Shown here: in pieces, positions 21,177-30,857 of the stretch
Layout of the letters: every line of letters begins with the position of its first letter
Numbering within the stretch: the first letter of the stretch is position 1
Origin: an uncultured Gemmatimonadales bacterium
GTDB taxonomy: Bacteria > Gemmatimonadota > Gemmatimonadetes > Gemmatimonadales > Gemmatimonadaceae
Direction: 5' to 3'
Length of the DNA: 64,000 nucleotides
NCBI GenBank assembly: GCA_963701965.1
Contig: OY969695.1
Coordinates: forward strand, 4,672,001 to 4,736,000
Program-made: the position numbers and the translations under genes
The notes under the pieces: model-generated
The model's database searches: none
What the model was told of the DNA's origin: nothing
Seen by the model: the letters and a program-made list of their open reading frames with translations, nothing else

Positions 21177-21854
21177 TCAAGCTTCCAACAATGTCACCTT
21201 GCCTGTGGCCAGCTCATAGTAGCCGGCGAGAACGCGGAGCGTACCGTGGGTCACATGCTCGGCGATGACCGGTGACGATTCGCGCAGCAACTTCGCTTGG
21301 ATTCTGGCATTGGCCGCGATCGTCGAGTCGAGATCGGGACCCGCTTCATTGATGGCTGGCCGCATGTATCGGTACAGCGCACTGATCTGACCGGGCGCGG
21401 CTTTACCACTGAGTGCCGCCTTGACCGCACCGCACCCTGAATGCCCGATCACCATGAGGATCGGTGTTCCAAGCACCGCCACGCCGTACTCGAGACTGGC
21501 GATCACTTCCGCGCTCGCGACGTTGCCCGCGACGCGCGCGACGAAGATGTGGCCGATGGTCTGGTCGAAGACCAGCTCCACCGGTACCCGGGAATCCGAA
21601 CAGGACAGCACGGCTGCGAATGGCTCCTGCTTCTCGACTGTATTCTGTTTCAGCACGGCGAGATCGTCCTGGAGTGATGTCAATTGCTTGGCGGCGAAGC
21701 GGCGGTTCCCCTCCAGCAGTCGTGAGAGCGCGGCGTCCGGGGAAAGTGGCGTGTGTTGAAATGACGACCACGCACCGCGCACTCCCAATCCGGCGCCAGC
21801 GATGAAGGCGGCCGCCGTGGTGAGGAACCGGCGCCGCGATTCCGCTTGATGCAT
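21177..21854 (-). CDS. Beta-class carbonic anhydrase with Tat signal
   Basis: SRRRFL, LLEGNRRF, CSDSRV, RVAGN, HSGCGA. Confidence 0.93.
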   Translation of the reverse strand: MHQAESRRRFLTTAAAFIAGAGLGVRGAWSSFQHTPLSPDAALSRLLEGNRRFAAKQLTSLQDDLAVLKQNTVEKQEPFAAVLSCSDSRVPVELVFDQTIGHIFVARVAGNVASAEVIASLEYGVAVLGTPILMVIGHSGCGAVKAALSGKAAPGQISALYRYMRPAINEAGPDLDSTIAANARIQAKLLRESSPVIAEHVTHGTLRVLAGYYELATGKVTLLEA

Positions 21855-22011
21855 TAGTAATGTCCTCCATGTCCCATTGCGCGCTTGGCGACCTCTGGTG
21901 ACCGGTCAACTCGGCCCCTGGGCCCGCTCAATTCATTCAATTGGTGACACTCGCGTCGCGTCGGGCGACGCACTAGTGGACTTTGGTCTAGCCACGCATC
22001 AGGCGCGCGGC

Positions 22012-22855
22012 TCGAGGCGGTGCTCGTGACCAACAACGCAGCGGACTTCCGGCGTCTTCGCGGTCACATCCGCGTGCGCGCCGTCCCGCCGTTTCCGGCC
22101 GGGGGTGGACGTTGAGAACGGTCATCATGCTCGTCGCGTTCATCTCCACGACTACCGGTGATCGAGTACGCGAGGCGAATCAGACGGCAAGCCATCGTGG
22201 ATGGAATTGGTTCAAGATGATGAACCTGGCGCGGGCGATTGGTCCATTGTCGACCGTTACTATTGCGATCAAGACCTGCGTCTGACCAAGCTGGCGAGAA
22301 CGATCAATGTCTTGCCAGGTGATCTATCGGTGGCGAGAGTCTACGCGATCGGCGGCGGCCAGGCGCGGCAGGTGGCGCCGACGACGGTTGAATTGAGTAC
22401 CGGAAAGCCAGCAGCGTTACCTGATGACGTTTGGCTCCCGGATGTACCGATCGTGTCGAACGCCAAGGCGTTCCCGTTCGTCGCGACCTTGCGACGCCCG
22501 TCCACGCCGATCGACGCTTGGTCGTGCGTCAAGGACAATCGAACGAAGGACCGCTCCAGCGGGTAAGCCTGGTGCCGACCACAGCCCGCGCTCCGGCAAG
22601 CTCGGCATGGCCTATGCACAGTATCCTGGCGTGAAACACGAGTTCGCGGAACTCGCCCGCGCCAAAGCGGGCGATGCGCAAGCGGTCGTTGCCAACGCGC
22701 TCGAGGGTGGCGCTGAGGCCATTCGTGCCGGTGTCACCCGTGGTCCCGGCGTCGCGCTGGCGAAGCGTGCGTCGTCGCATCTCCGAGGCCGCCGCCTACC
22801 GACTGCGAGAAGACGATCTTCTGGAGGCCCTGGAGGCTCTGGCCGCGAAGATTCG
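22012..22855 (+). repeat. Segmental duplication copy 2, lacking the segment equal to 13815-13948
   Basis: gaatcag (to 22183) joins acggcaa (22184), which are 134 bp apart in copy 1. Confidence 0.92.
22201..22566 (+). pseudogene. Hypothetical protein with 5' deletion
   Basis: Paralog of 13840-14331. Confidence 0.6.
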
Positions 22856-22955
22856 GGCAATGCCGGTGCTCGCCGTCGGAGTGGCACTCGGCATCGGCGT
22901 CGCGGCTGGCGTCGCACTCGGCCGGCGGCGTCCGTCGAAGCGCTGGCTGCGATAG
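22608..22955 (+). pseudogene. Hypothetical protein with C-terminal TM helix, frameshift near 22785
   Basis: MAYAQYPGVK..ASSHL then shifts frame to EAAAYRLREDDLLEA..GVALGIGVAAGVALG. Confidence 0.55.
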
Positions 22956-23012
22956 TTCGCGGCGGTAGCGGGCTCCCACCGCCGGGGCTGGTGCCCTGCG
23001 AATGGAGGATGG

Positions 23013-24059
23013 ATGGCAACCGTGACCGCACCGACTAAGCAAGGGGTGGCCCAAATGACGGTCGCTCAGGTCGCCACACCAGGCGCCGACTTCGAGATCG
23101 TCGAGCGCGACATTCCCGAGCCCGGACCAGGGCAGGTGCGCATTCGCGTGCAGGTCTGCGGGGTGTGCCACAGCGATTCATTCACCAAAGAGGGGTCCTG
23201 GCCCGGCATTCAATATCCGCGGGTGCCCGGACATGAAGTCGTCGGCATCATCGACGCCCTCGGCGCCGGCGTGACCGGATGGCACAAAGGCCAGCGCGCC
23301 GGCGTTGGCTGGCACGGCGGGCACGACGACACGTGTCGGGAGTGCCGGCGCGGCGATTTTACCCACTGCGTCAATCTCCAGGTGCCCGGCATCAGCTACG
23401 ACGGCGGCTACGCGCAGTACATGGTCGCTCCGGTGAGCGCGCTGGTCGCCATGCCCGACAGTCTGCGCGATGCCGAAGCGGCGCCGCTCCTCTGCGCGGG
23501 CATCACCACGTACGATGCGCTGCGGCGCAGCGCCGCGATGCCGGGCGATCTGGTCGCGGTGCAGGGCATCGGCGGGTTGGGACATCTCGCGATCCAGTTC
23601 GCCAGCAAGAGCGGCTTCCAGGTCGCGGCTATCGGACGCGGCGCGGACACGGCGTCGCTCGCGAAGACGCTCGGTGCCCAGGTGTACATCGACACCCAGG
23701 CGACCAGCGCCGCCGAAACGTTGAGGCAGATGGGTGGCGCCAAGGTCATTGTGGCGACGGCGCCGAGCGGGAAGGCGATGTCGGAGTTGGTGAACGGGCT
23801 GGGACCGAACGGTGAGCTCATCGTGATCGGTGTGTCGCCGGAGCCCATCGAGGTCACAACCGTGCAGCTCATTGTCGGGAGCAAGCGGATCAAGGGGTGG
23901 GCCGCGGGATCGCCCGCGGACGCGGAGGACACGCTGCACTTCGCCGAGTTGACGGGCGTTCGGCCCATGATCGAGACGTTCCCCCTCCACCGGGCGGCCG
24001 AGGCCTACGCCCGCATGATGAGCGGTCAGGTTCGATTCCGCGCGGTGCTCACGATGTAA
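23013..24059 (+). CDS. Zinc-dependent alcohol dehydrogenase
   Basis: CGVCHSD, GHEVVG, PLLCAGITT, GIGGLGH. Confidence 0.95.
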   Translation: MATVTAPTKQGVAQMTVAQVATPGADFEIVERDIPEPGPGQVRIRVQVCGVCHSDSFTKEGSWPGIQYPRVPGHEVVGIIDALGAGVTGWHKGQRAGVGWHGGHDDTCRECRRGDFTHCVNLQVPGISYDGGYAQYMVAPVSALVAMPDSLRDAEAAPLLCAGITTYDALRRSAAMPGDLVAVQGIGGLGHLAIQFASKSGFQVAAIGRGADTASLAKTLGAQVYIDTQATSAAETLRQMGGAKVIVATAPSGKAMSELVNGLGPNGELIVIGVSPEPIEVTTVQLIVGSKRIKGWAAGSPADAEDTLHFAELTGVRPMIETFPLHRAAEAYARMMSGQVRFRAVLTM

Positions 24060-24108
24060 GCACGGGAGCGGGCTGGCGGCCCCGCTCGCAATGCGCTATT
24101 CCTGTCGC

Positions 24109-25128
24109 GTGAGCCGCGCTCGCCTCGCGCTGACCCGGTCGCAGATTCTGGATTTCAGGCAGCGCGCCAGCCTACTCGACGCGCGGGTGCCGTTAGGAGC
24201 CAAGTCGCTGCAGCGCGCGGCCTGGGCCGGATTGCAGGACTCCATGCCGCGCGCGGCGTTGCTCTCGATCCATGCCCGGGTCGACGGGGCGCGGCCGACG
24301 AGTTGGGAGCATCCGTCCCTCGTGCAGCTATGGGGGCCGCGGTTCAGTAGCTACGTCGCGGCGGCGAAGGACCTGGCCCTCTTCTCACTCGGGCGTTTGC
24401 CGGAGGACGCGCGAGGGCATGCGCGGGCGCACGAAACGGCGGCCAGGCTGCACGCGTATCTCGACGGCCGGCGCATGCCGTGCGAGGAGACGGGACGCGG
24501 CATGGGCGTCCCGCCGAATAGCCTGAGGTACGCCGCGGCGACGGGTCGCGTGCTCATGCGCTGGGACGGGGCGCGACAGCCCGTGGTGTGGACCGGGCCG
24601 GCGCCGCGGATCGATCCCCGGCAGGCGCGGCTGGAGCTGGCGAGACGCTACCTCCATATCTTCGGCCCCTCGACCGCCGCGTCGTTCAGACACTGGGCCG
24701 GGATCCGGCCCCCGGAAGCCCGGTGGGCGTTCGATGCCCTCGGCGATGCCCTCGTGCCCGTGCGGACGCCCGTCGGCGATGCGTGGATTCTCGCCGAAGA
24801 CGAAACGGCATATCGGCGGCCGGCCGCGCCTGTGGCCAACGTCCGACTGCTGCCCAGTGGCGACGCGTACTATCTGCTGTGGGGCGATGATCGCGCGCTG
24901 CTCGTGGCGGATGCCAAACGGCGCGCCGCGCTCTGGACGACTCGCGTGTGGCCGGGCGCTCTGCTCGTGCACGGGGAGATCGTCGGTGTCTGGCGTCGTG
25001 CGGCGGGGAACGTATCGATCGAGGTGTGGCGGCGTCTCACCGCGACGGAGCGCGAGGCCGCGGAAGCGGAAGCGGGCTCGCTGCCCCTGCCTGGTGTCGA
25101 CGGTCCGATCGTCGTTCGCTGGAGCTAG
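24109..25128 (+). CDS. AlkZ/YcaQ-like winged-helix DNA glycosylase family protein
   Basis: GLQDS, LARRYLHIFGPST..FRHWAG, VRLLPSGDAY, LLVHGEIVGVW. Confidence 0.8.
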   Translation: MSRARLALTRSQILDFRQRASLLDARVPLGAKSLQRAAWAGLQDSMPRAALLSIHARVDGARPTSWEHPSLVQLWGPRFSSYVAAAKDLALFSLGRLPEDARGHARAHETAARLHAYLDGRRMPCEETGRGMGVPPNSLRYAAATGRVLMRWDGARQPVVWTGPAPRIDPRQARLELARRYLHIFGPSTAASFRHWAGIRPPEARWAFDALGDALVPVRTPVGDAWILAEDETAYRRPAAPVANVRLLPSGDAYYLLWGDDRALLVADAKRRAALWTTRVWPGALLVHGEIVGVWRRAAGNVSIEVWRRLTATEREAAEAEAGSLPLPGVDGPIVVRWS

Positions 25129-25134
25129 CAGGCG

Positions 25135-25335
25135 TCAGGTTTTCTTGGTCGGGATACGAAGGACGGTATAGACCGGACAGAAGCCCGTCAGTCCGGAGAC
25201 GAGCTGCAGGAGACCGGCCACGATGCAGACGATGCCGAGCGACCGCCCAACGGCCCCCGTGGCTCCGAGCGCGATCAGGGCAATTCCCACGAGCGCCCGG
25301 AGGACCCGGTCCCAATCGGCCATGTTCCTGCGCAT
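25135..25335 (-). CDS. DUF2892 (YgaP-like) membrane protein
   Basis: NMADWDRVLR..GFCPVY, with GGAGG RBS. Confidence 0.85.
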   Translation of the reverse strand: MRRNMADWDRVLRALVGIALIALGATGAVGRSLGIVCIVAGLLQLVSGLTGFCPVYTVLRIPTKKT

Positions 25336-25447
25336 CTCGCCTCCCTTGATGATGTGAGGACAAGACAACAGTCGCGCCTGACGACTTGTGCGTCCCGGCA
25401 TGCAACACTAAGTCTCCCTGGACTTCACCACTCGAACCAGGGGGCTC

Positions 25448-25579
25448 GTGGCGCTCGAAAGTCAGAAGCCGACCGTCGTGCTCGTTCACGGGGCGTGGGC
25501 CGATGGATCGTGCTGGCAGGGCGTGCAGAAAGCCCCCCTCGTCAAAGAAGCGGCGAGCTCCGTGATGGCGGGTCGGTAA
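25448..25579 (+). pseudogene. Alpha/beta hydrolase remnant: N-terminus fused to a probable C-terminus
   Basis: 43-aa ORF MALESQKPTVVLVHGAWADGSCWQGVQKAPLVKEAASSVMAGR, not in the ORF track. Confidence 0.75.
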
Positions 25580-25585
25580 CCGGAG

Positions 25586-26017
25586 ATGTCCGACTTTCCG
25601 ACGTACCGCGGCATTGTGCACACCTGGGAGTGCGATCACATGGGCCACATGAACGTCATGTGGTATGTCGGCAAGTTCGATGAGGCGACGTGGCAGGTCT
25701 TCACCCAGATCGGGGTCACCCCGTCGTACATGAGGGACGGAATGTTCGGCATGGCCGGCGTCCAGCAGAACCTCACGTACAAGCGCGAGCTGATGGCCGG
25801 TGACGCCGTCGAGGTCCGCAGTCACATCCTCGAAGTCCGCGAGCGCGTGATCCGGATGGTGCACACCATGCGCGAGATAGAAGGCGGCACGGTGGCGGCC
25901 CTCTGCGACTTGACGGCGGTCCATCTCGACCGGCGGTCGCACAAGGCGTGCGCGTTTCCCGACCGGGTGAGACGCACGGCCGCCGGGCTCATCACTCCGG
26001 CGGCCGAAACGACCTGA
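25586..26017 (+). CDS. Acyl-CoA thioesterase (4HBT-like)
   Basis: WECDHMGHMNV, YKREL. Confidence 0.9.
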   Translation: MSDFPTYRGIVHTWECDHMGHMNVMWYVGKFDEATWQVFTQIGVTPSYMRDGMFGMAGVQQNLTYKRELMAGDAVEVRSHILEVRERVIRMVHTMREIEGGTVAALCDLTAVHLDRRSHKACAFPDRVRRTAAGLITPAAETT

Positions 26018-26086
26018 ACCGGTCGGCCCCACGGCCGCGGATTTGCGACGGTGGACCTCGGTATCACTAGAGAGGAGCCACACACA

Positions 26087-26434
26087 ATGGAAGCGACTTG
26101 GCGACCCCATGTGAAGCACGGCGAGCTCACCGAGCAGAGCGATCTGCCGGATAGCGTGTATGCGTTTCCCAAACAACGGAAAGAGCCGCTGACGGACGCC
26201 AGCCACGTCCGTAACGCCGTGGCCCGATTCGATCAGGTCATCGACGTCTCCGACGATGATCGGGCGTTGGCGTTCGCCAACATCAAGAAGGCCGCGAAGC
26301 ACTACGGTGTCGAGATGTCGGAACAGTCGTGGCACGACCTCGGTGTCCATCCGCAAACGCATCGGAAGGAAGCGGCCGCGAAGGGCGCCGCGACGCGCGC
26401 GCGCCATCGGCAGGAAGAAGAACGTCGCGAATAG
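26087..26434 (+). CDS. DUF6582-like conserved protein
   Basis: DLPDSVYAFPKQRKEPLTDASHVRNAVARFDQV, with GAGGAG RBS. Confidence 0.8.
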   Translation: MEATWRPHVKHGELTEQSDLPDSVYAFPKQRKEPLTDASHVRNAVARFDQVIDVSDDDRALAFANIKKAAKHYGVEMSEQSWHDLGVHPQTHRKEAAAKGAATRARHRQEEERRE

Positions 26435-26444
26435 GAGCTTTTCC

Positions 26445-26714
26445 GTGACGACCCATCGGCACCTGAGCACCGAAGACCAGCACACGCTGGAAGCCATCTT
26501 CCGGCCACACGACTCGGCGACGCTCGAGTGGACGGAGATCGTGCGGCTCATCGAGGAGGTAGGCGCCGTCCACGACAAGGGGCACGGCCTCTATCAGTTC
26601 CTGGTCAACGGCGAGCACCACGAGTTCCAGCGCCCGCGCCACGATGTGCTGACCAACGCGGACGAACGGGCCGCGCTACGCGGGTTTCTGGAACGGGCGC
26701 GCATGACGCCCTAG
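26445..26714 (+). CDS. HicA-like small protein, no adjacent HicB
   Basis: TLEAIF..LEWTEIVRLIEEVG..VNGE..FQRP..LRGFLE, with AGGAG RBS. Confidence 0.6.
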   Translation: MTTHRHLSTEDQHTLEAIFRPHDSATLEWTEIVRLIEEVGAVHDKGHGLYQFLVNGEHHEFQRPRHDVLTNADERAALRGFLERARMTP

Positions 26715-26804
26715 GCCGGCGTCGTACGCGCCGCCGCGCGAGGAAGACGAGTCGGTGGCGTGCGCCCCGCCTCGATCACGGGATTATCAGGGAGGACCGA
26801 GCCC

Positions 26805-27233
26805 ATGAAAGTTGCGGGAAAGATAGAGGTTCTATTTATCGTAGGTTTTGGTCCAATTGTTCGCGACATGGCCACCAGCCGCAAACTCTACGGCGAAGCC
26901 CTCGGCATTCATTTCAAAGAGGAGAGCGGCGGGTATCTTCACACCGAAGCCCTTCCGGGAGCAAAAACCTTCGCGTTGTGGCCTCTTTCCGAGGCGGCGC
27001 ATTCCTGCTTCGGTAGCGATGCGTGGCCTCGAGATATTCCTGTCCCACAAGCGTGGCTGGAGTTCGACGTTGACCATTTAGAAAACGCAACGGCAGATCT
27101 CGAATCGCAGGGATATCGGATTCTTGTCAAGAACCAGAAGGAGCCCTGGGGCCAAATCGTCACTCGTCTCCTCTCTCCCGAAGGATTACTGGTCGGCATC
27201 ACTTTCACTCCTGCCATGCGGAAAGGCAAATAG
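26805..27233 (+). CDS. VOC/glyoxalase family protein
   Basis: VRDMATSRKLYGEALG, WLEFDVD, EPWGQ..SPEG. Confidence 0.9.
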   Translation: MKVAGKIEVLFIVGFGPIVRDMATSRKLYGEALGIHFKEESGGYLHTEALPGAKTFALWPLSEAAHSCFGSDAWPRDIPVPQAWLEFDVDHLENATADLESQGYRILVKNQKEPWGQIVTRLLSPEGLLVGITFTPAMRKGK

Positions 27234-27239
27234 GGCCTG

Positions 27240-27424
27240 GTTCATGACGGCCTCGCACCGTCGGTGGCTTGTCCACGCGCGACGTCCGCGGCCGAGATGC
27301 CTTCCCGTGCCAGGCCATAGCCGACCGTCTCCTCGATGAGGCGGCGCAGCTTCTGCGTCAGCGCCACGCGGGTTTCTGGAACGGGCGCGCATGACGCCCT
27401 AGGCGGCGCCGTGCGCGTCGCGGC
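27240..27424. repeat. Chimeric duplicate: enoyl-CoA hydratase 3' end fused to HicA-like 3' end
   Basis: 27240-27372 resembles 28448-28581 and 27366-27424 resembles 26680-26737. They join at a shared cgcgggt. Confidence 0.9.
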
Positions 27425-27612
27425 CCCCGCAGTACGTGGCGGAAGTCGCAGCACGCAATGATGACGCACGGTGCAGTAGCGCTCTTGTATCGGCGCTGCC
27501 AGGTCGTTTAGGCTCGACAGGGCGGCCCACAGCGACGCGTACATGTGCGCCGCGACCACGACCCAAACTCGGGTGCGTGTCGACAAACCCAACAGATAGG
27601 TTTAGGTTACCA

Positions 27613-27861
27613 ATGCCGTCCATCACGGTCGGGCCATGGCGCCTCGTCGTTATTCCCGGTGATCACGATCCGAGACATGTGCACGCGCGTTACGGCAGCG
27701 ACGGTGCCTATGAAGCGGTGATCCGGCTGGAGGCCGGTGGTACAGTGACGTTGCGAGAGGCCGACCGTGGCCTGTCGCGTGCCGAGATCCGCGTCGCGCT
27801 CGCACTCGTGCTCGAACATTTCGAGGCCTTGGCGGCGCTTTGGGAGGAATACTGCCAATGA
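27613..27861 (+). CDS. DUF4160 family protein (putative toxin)
   Basis: DHDPRHVHARY, ending LAALWEEY. ATGA overlap with the next gene. Confidence 0.82.
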   Translation: MPSITVGPWRLVVIPGDHDPRHVHARYGSDGAYEAVIRLEAGGTVTLREADRGLSRAEIRVALALVLEHFEALAALWEEYCQ

Positions 27862-28352
27862 GTTCTACTGCACGTGGAGGCAAAGGAGCCGCTGCCAGGA
27901 GCGCGAACCGTTCGGTGACCATATCGGACGCCGCGATTGAGGCTGCGTATCGACGGCGCGACGAGCAAATCGCGACGGAGCCGCTCGCCGCGGACGTGCG
28001 ATACGACCGCGCTAGTGATGCCATCATCGTCCAGATGAACAACGGCGCGGCGCTGGTGGTTCCTCGACGACTGCTTCAGGGACTGCGCGGCGCAACGGTG
28101 GATGAGTTGCAGAGCAGTGTGATCGCGGGACAGGGGACCGCTATCGCCTGGCCATTGCTCGATGTCGACTTCACAGTCCTCGGTCTGCTCCGCGGCGTGT
28201 ATGGAGGTCGGCGCTGGATGTCGGAGTTGGCACGCCATGCCGGCGCGACCACGTCGGAGGCCAAGGCCGCCGCGGCACGGGTCAACGGTCGCAAAGGCGG
28301 ACGCCCTCGGCGCAAGCCGACGCCGGATCGACCATCATCGCGGAAGCGGTAG
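27858..28352 (+). CDS. DUF2442 family protein (putative antitoxin)
   Basis: IAWPLLDVDF..GLLRGVYG, SEAKAAAARVNGRKGGRP. Confidence 0.88.
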   Translation: MSSTARGGKGAAARSANRSVTISDAAIEAAYRRRDEQIATEPLAADVRYDRASDAIIVQMNNGAALVVPRRLLQGLRGATVDELQSSVIAGQGTAIAWPLLDVDFTVLGLLRGVYGGRRWMSELARHAGATTSEAKAAAARVNGRKGGRPRRKPTPDRPSSRKR

Positions 28353-28449
28353 CGGCCCTCGTCGCTCGCTTATGCGCCGGCTCCTTCGTTAGCGGCGTGA
28401 TCCAGCGGCTGATTTGGACGGCGCCCCGTCATTAGCTGGATCAGCGCGT

Positions 28450-29238
28450 TCATGAGACCCTCGCACCGTCGGTGGCTTGTCCACGCGCGACGTCGGCGGC
28501 CGAGATGCCTTCCAGCGCCAGGCCATAGCCGACCGTCTCCTCGATGAGGCGGCGCAGCTTCTGCGTCAGCGCCACGCGGGTGTAGCTGGCGGTGAGGGGC
28601 GGAAGGGCGGCGAGGCGTCCGGCGATCTCGCGCGCCCGATCCCGCAAGCGGTCGCGCGCGACGATCTCGCTGATCACGCCCAGCGTCCGGGCCTCCTCGG
28701 CGCCGATAATCTGCTGCGTCAGAACGAACGTGCGACCGCGGATGGAGCCGATGACCTCCGGCCACAGGGAATGAATGCCGTCGCCCGGCACGATGCCGAA
28801 CGCGAAGTGCGGCTTGTCTTGGAATACCGTGTTCGGTGTGGCAATGACAATGTCGGCCAACAGCACATACTCCGAGTGGACCGTCGTCGGGCCGTTCACC
28901 GCGGCGATCACCGGCACGGGGATGTCGATGAGATTGGCGAGGATTTTCTTGCCCTGGCGATAGATCTTGTCGTACCCACGCGGCGTGAAGAAGTCGAATC
29001 CCTCCGGGTCGATCTGATCGATAAAGGCATCGCCCGCACCCGTCAGAATGACCACGCGATTGTCCACATCTTGACCAATCTCGTGGAAGAGTTCGACAAA
29101 CTCTTCGTGTGCGTAGCCGTTGAAAATCAGGGTCCCGCCATCGGTGTGGAGCACGACTTCGAGGATGCCGTCGGCCGAGCGGTCGAGCTTGGCGTGCGGG
29201 AACGCATTCCGGTACCTGTCGAATTCAGCCATCGCCAT
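28450..29238 (-). CDS. Enoyl-CoA hydratase/isomerase family protein
   Basis: VVILTGAGDAF, PVIAAVNGP, ADIVIA, GIVPGDG. Confidence 0.9.
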   Translation of the reverse strand: MAMAEFDRYRNAFPHAKLDRSADGILEVVLHTDGGTLIFNGYAHEEFVELFHEIGQDVDNRVVILTGAGDAFIDQIDPEGFDFFTPRGYDKIYRQGKKILANLIDIPVPVIAAVNGPTTVHSEYVLLADIVIATPNTVFQDKPHFAFGIVPGDGIHSLWPEVIGSIRGRTFVLTQQIIGAEEARTLGVISEIVARDRLRDRAREIAGRLAALPPLTASYTRVALTQKLRRLIEETVGYGLALEGISAADVARGQATDGARVS

Positions 29239-29389
29239 ACTCCGTCTAGTGGGTGGCCCATAAGCAATCCAACGCCGTGCGCCGACGCAACACCGCTCGC
29301 CGGACGGCGAACGTCCACCGCACTGGCGCTCTCGACGAAGCTCTGACCGACGGTGGCGCGCGGTTGAGAGGGGCCGTTCTCGACTGCCC

Positions 29390-29803
29390 TCAATGGCGTA
29401 GCAGCCCACCATAGTCCAGCGTGAACGTGGCGATGCCGCTATTGCTCGTTCGGCCAAATAGAGTCCCCACGCGACTGGACGCCATATCGCGCACGTAGGC
29501 GACATCCAGACGACAGGGTGCGATCCGGAATGTCAGGCCGGCGGTCGGGGAGGTCTCGTCCAACCCAAACCGCACCGCGAGGTGCTGCTCGGCCAACGTC
29601 TGTTCGAAACCCAAATTCGGCTCGACCGCACTGGTCTGCGTCGCTGTCCGAGTGTTGCTCCTCGTGAGCCACGTGCCGCCGGCATCGAGAAGCGCCCCGG
29701 TCCACGGGCTCGCCGACACACCGAGTCGGTACTCGTTGCTGCGAGCCGTCCCCTCTGTCGCGCCGGTACTGTCGCTCCGCCGATCGAGATCCCGGTTCAG
29801 CAT
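29390..29803 (-). pseudogene. C-terminal fragment of a probable outer-membrane protein
   Basis: Beta-strand pattern ending TFTLDY, no signal peptide; abuts the chrB remnant. Confidence 0.4.
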
Positions 29804-29814
29804 ACCGGCCGCGT

Positions 29815-30024
29815 GACCCCGCCCTGGCTATCATGGCGCGGATCGTCCACGGCGCTGATTTCGCGGATGCGGTCGACTGTACGCCGGAGTCGGCGGGATT
29901 GCGGGCGATCTCGCAAGGGTTCCCGCTAGTTGCTCACCACGACAATGACACTGTCGAGCGGGCCTCGTTTCTGTATGACGCGCTCTATGCGTCCTTGAGA
30001 CAGCGATGCCAGCGGGGATCGTGA
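29815..30024 (+). pseudogene. chrB: ChrB (chromate resistance) C-terminal remnant
   Basis: DPALAIMARIVHGAD..PESAGLRAI..LYDALY. Confidence 0.7.
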
Positions 30025-30091
30025 CGCTGCATCATCGCGTGCTTCGGCCCACGCTATCGTTCGGCGTCGGCACGCCCATCACGGACCGGGT

Positions 30092-30152
30092 TTGACGAAA
30101 CCGAGGGCAGCCTCGTATTCCAATAGCGAACGAAAGTCGAGGCGACCCTCGA
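30092..30152 (+). promoter_or_regulatory. Promoter with two operator palindromes
   Basis: TTGACG at 30092; CGAGG-N4-CCTCG at 30102-30115 and 30138-30151. Confidence 0.65.
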
Positions 30153-30183
30153 TTGTATCCCGTCATCGTCGGACCGAGGAATC

Positions 30184-30747
30184 ATGCCCGCGCTCCAGCT
30201 CGACCCCCAGAAGACCGCGCTCGTTCTCATCGATCTCCAGAACTCCGTCGTCGGCATGACCACCGCGCCGTATCCCGCCGCCCGCGTGGTCGAGAACGCG
30301 AAGACGTTGGCCGCGGCCTTTCGCGCGCATGGCGCCCCGGTCGTCTACGTCCGCGTCAATGTCAGTGACTTCATGAGACTGCCCGTGGACCAGCCGCCGA
30401 ATCTGGGCGACAGGCCCGCCGCCGCGTCGGAGATCGCGCCGACCGCCGGTTTCCAGCCTGGCGACATCCTCGTCACCAAGCGCCATTGGGGCGCGTTCGC
30501 GGGCACGGACCTCGAGCAGCAGCTCAGGGCTCGGGGCATCGACACCGTGGTCCTCACTGGCATCTCCAGCAGCTTTGGCGTCGAGTCCACGGCTCGTCAG
30601 GGCACAGGCCTTGGCTTTGCCTGTGTGCTGGTTGAAGATGCCTGCGCCGCCCAGAGCGCCGAGCAGCACCGCTTCGCCTTTGAGCAGATCTTCCCGCGCC
30701 TGAGCCGCGTCCGCTCCACCGCCGAGGTCTTGGCCGCCTTTGCCTGA
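30184..30747 (+). CDS. Isochorismatase family hydrolase
   Basis: [33 protein letters not shown]. Confidence 0.93.
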   Translation: MPALQLDPQKTALVLIDLQNSVVGMTTAPYPAARVVENAKTLAAAFRAHGAPVVYVRVNVSDFMRLPVDQPPNLGDRPAAASEIAPTAGFQPGDILVTKRHWGAFAGTDLEQQLRARGIDTVVLTGISSSFGVESTARQGTGLGFACVLVEDACAAQSAEQHRFAFEQIFPRLSRVRSTAEVLAAFA

Positions 30748-30857
30748 GGCCTCGATCGGCGCCGATCGGCTCGAGCGCTCCGTCTGGAAGATCGTCTCGG
30801 TGGCGGTGCTCGACTCGTTCCTCTGGAGCCCCCCACTCCCACTATTCTTCTCGAGAC

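Noticed and set aside
28352..28400. Integron attC site (gcttatgcg..cgttagcgg resembles a right half)
   Set aside because: No matching RYYYAAC left end, no further copies and no integrase were seen.
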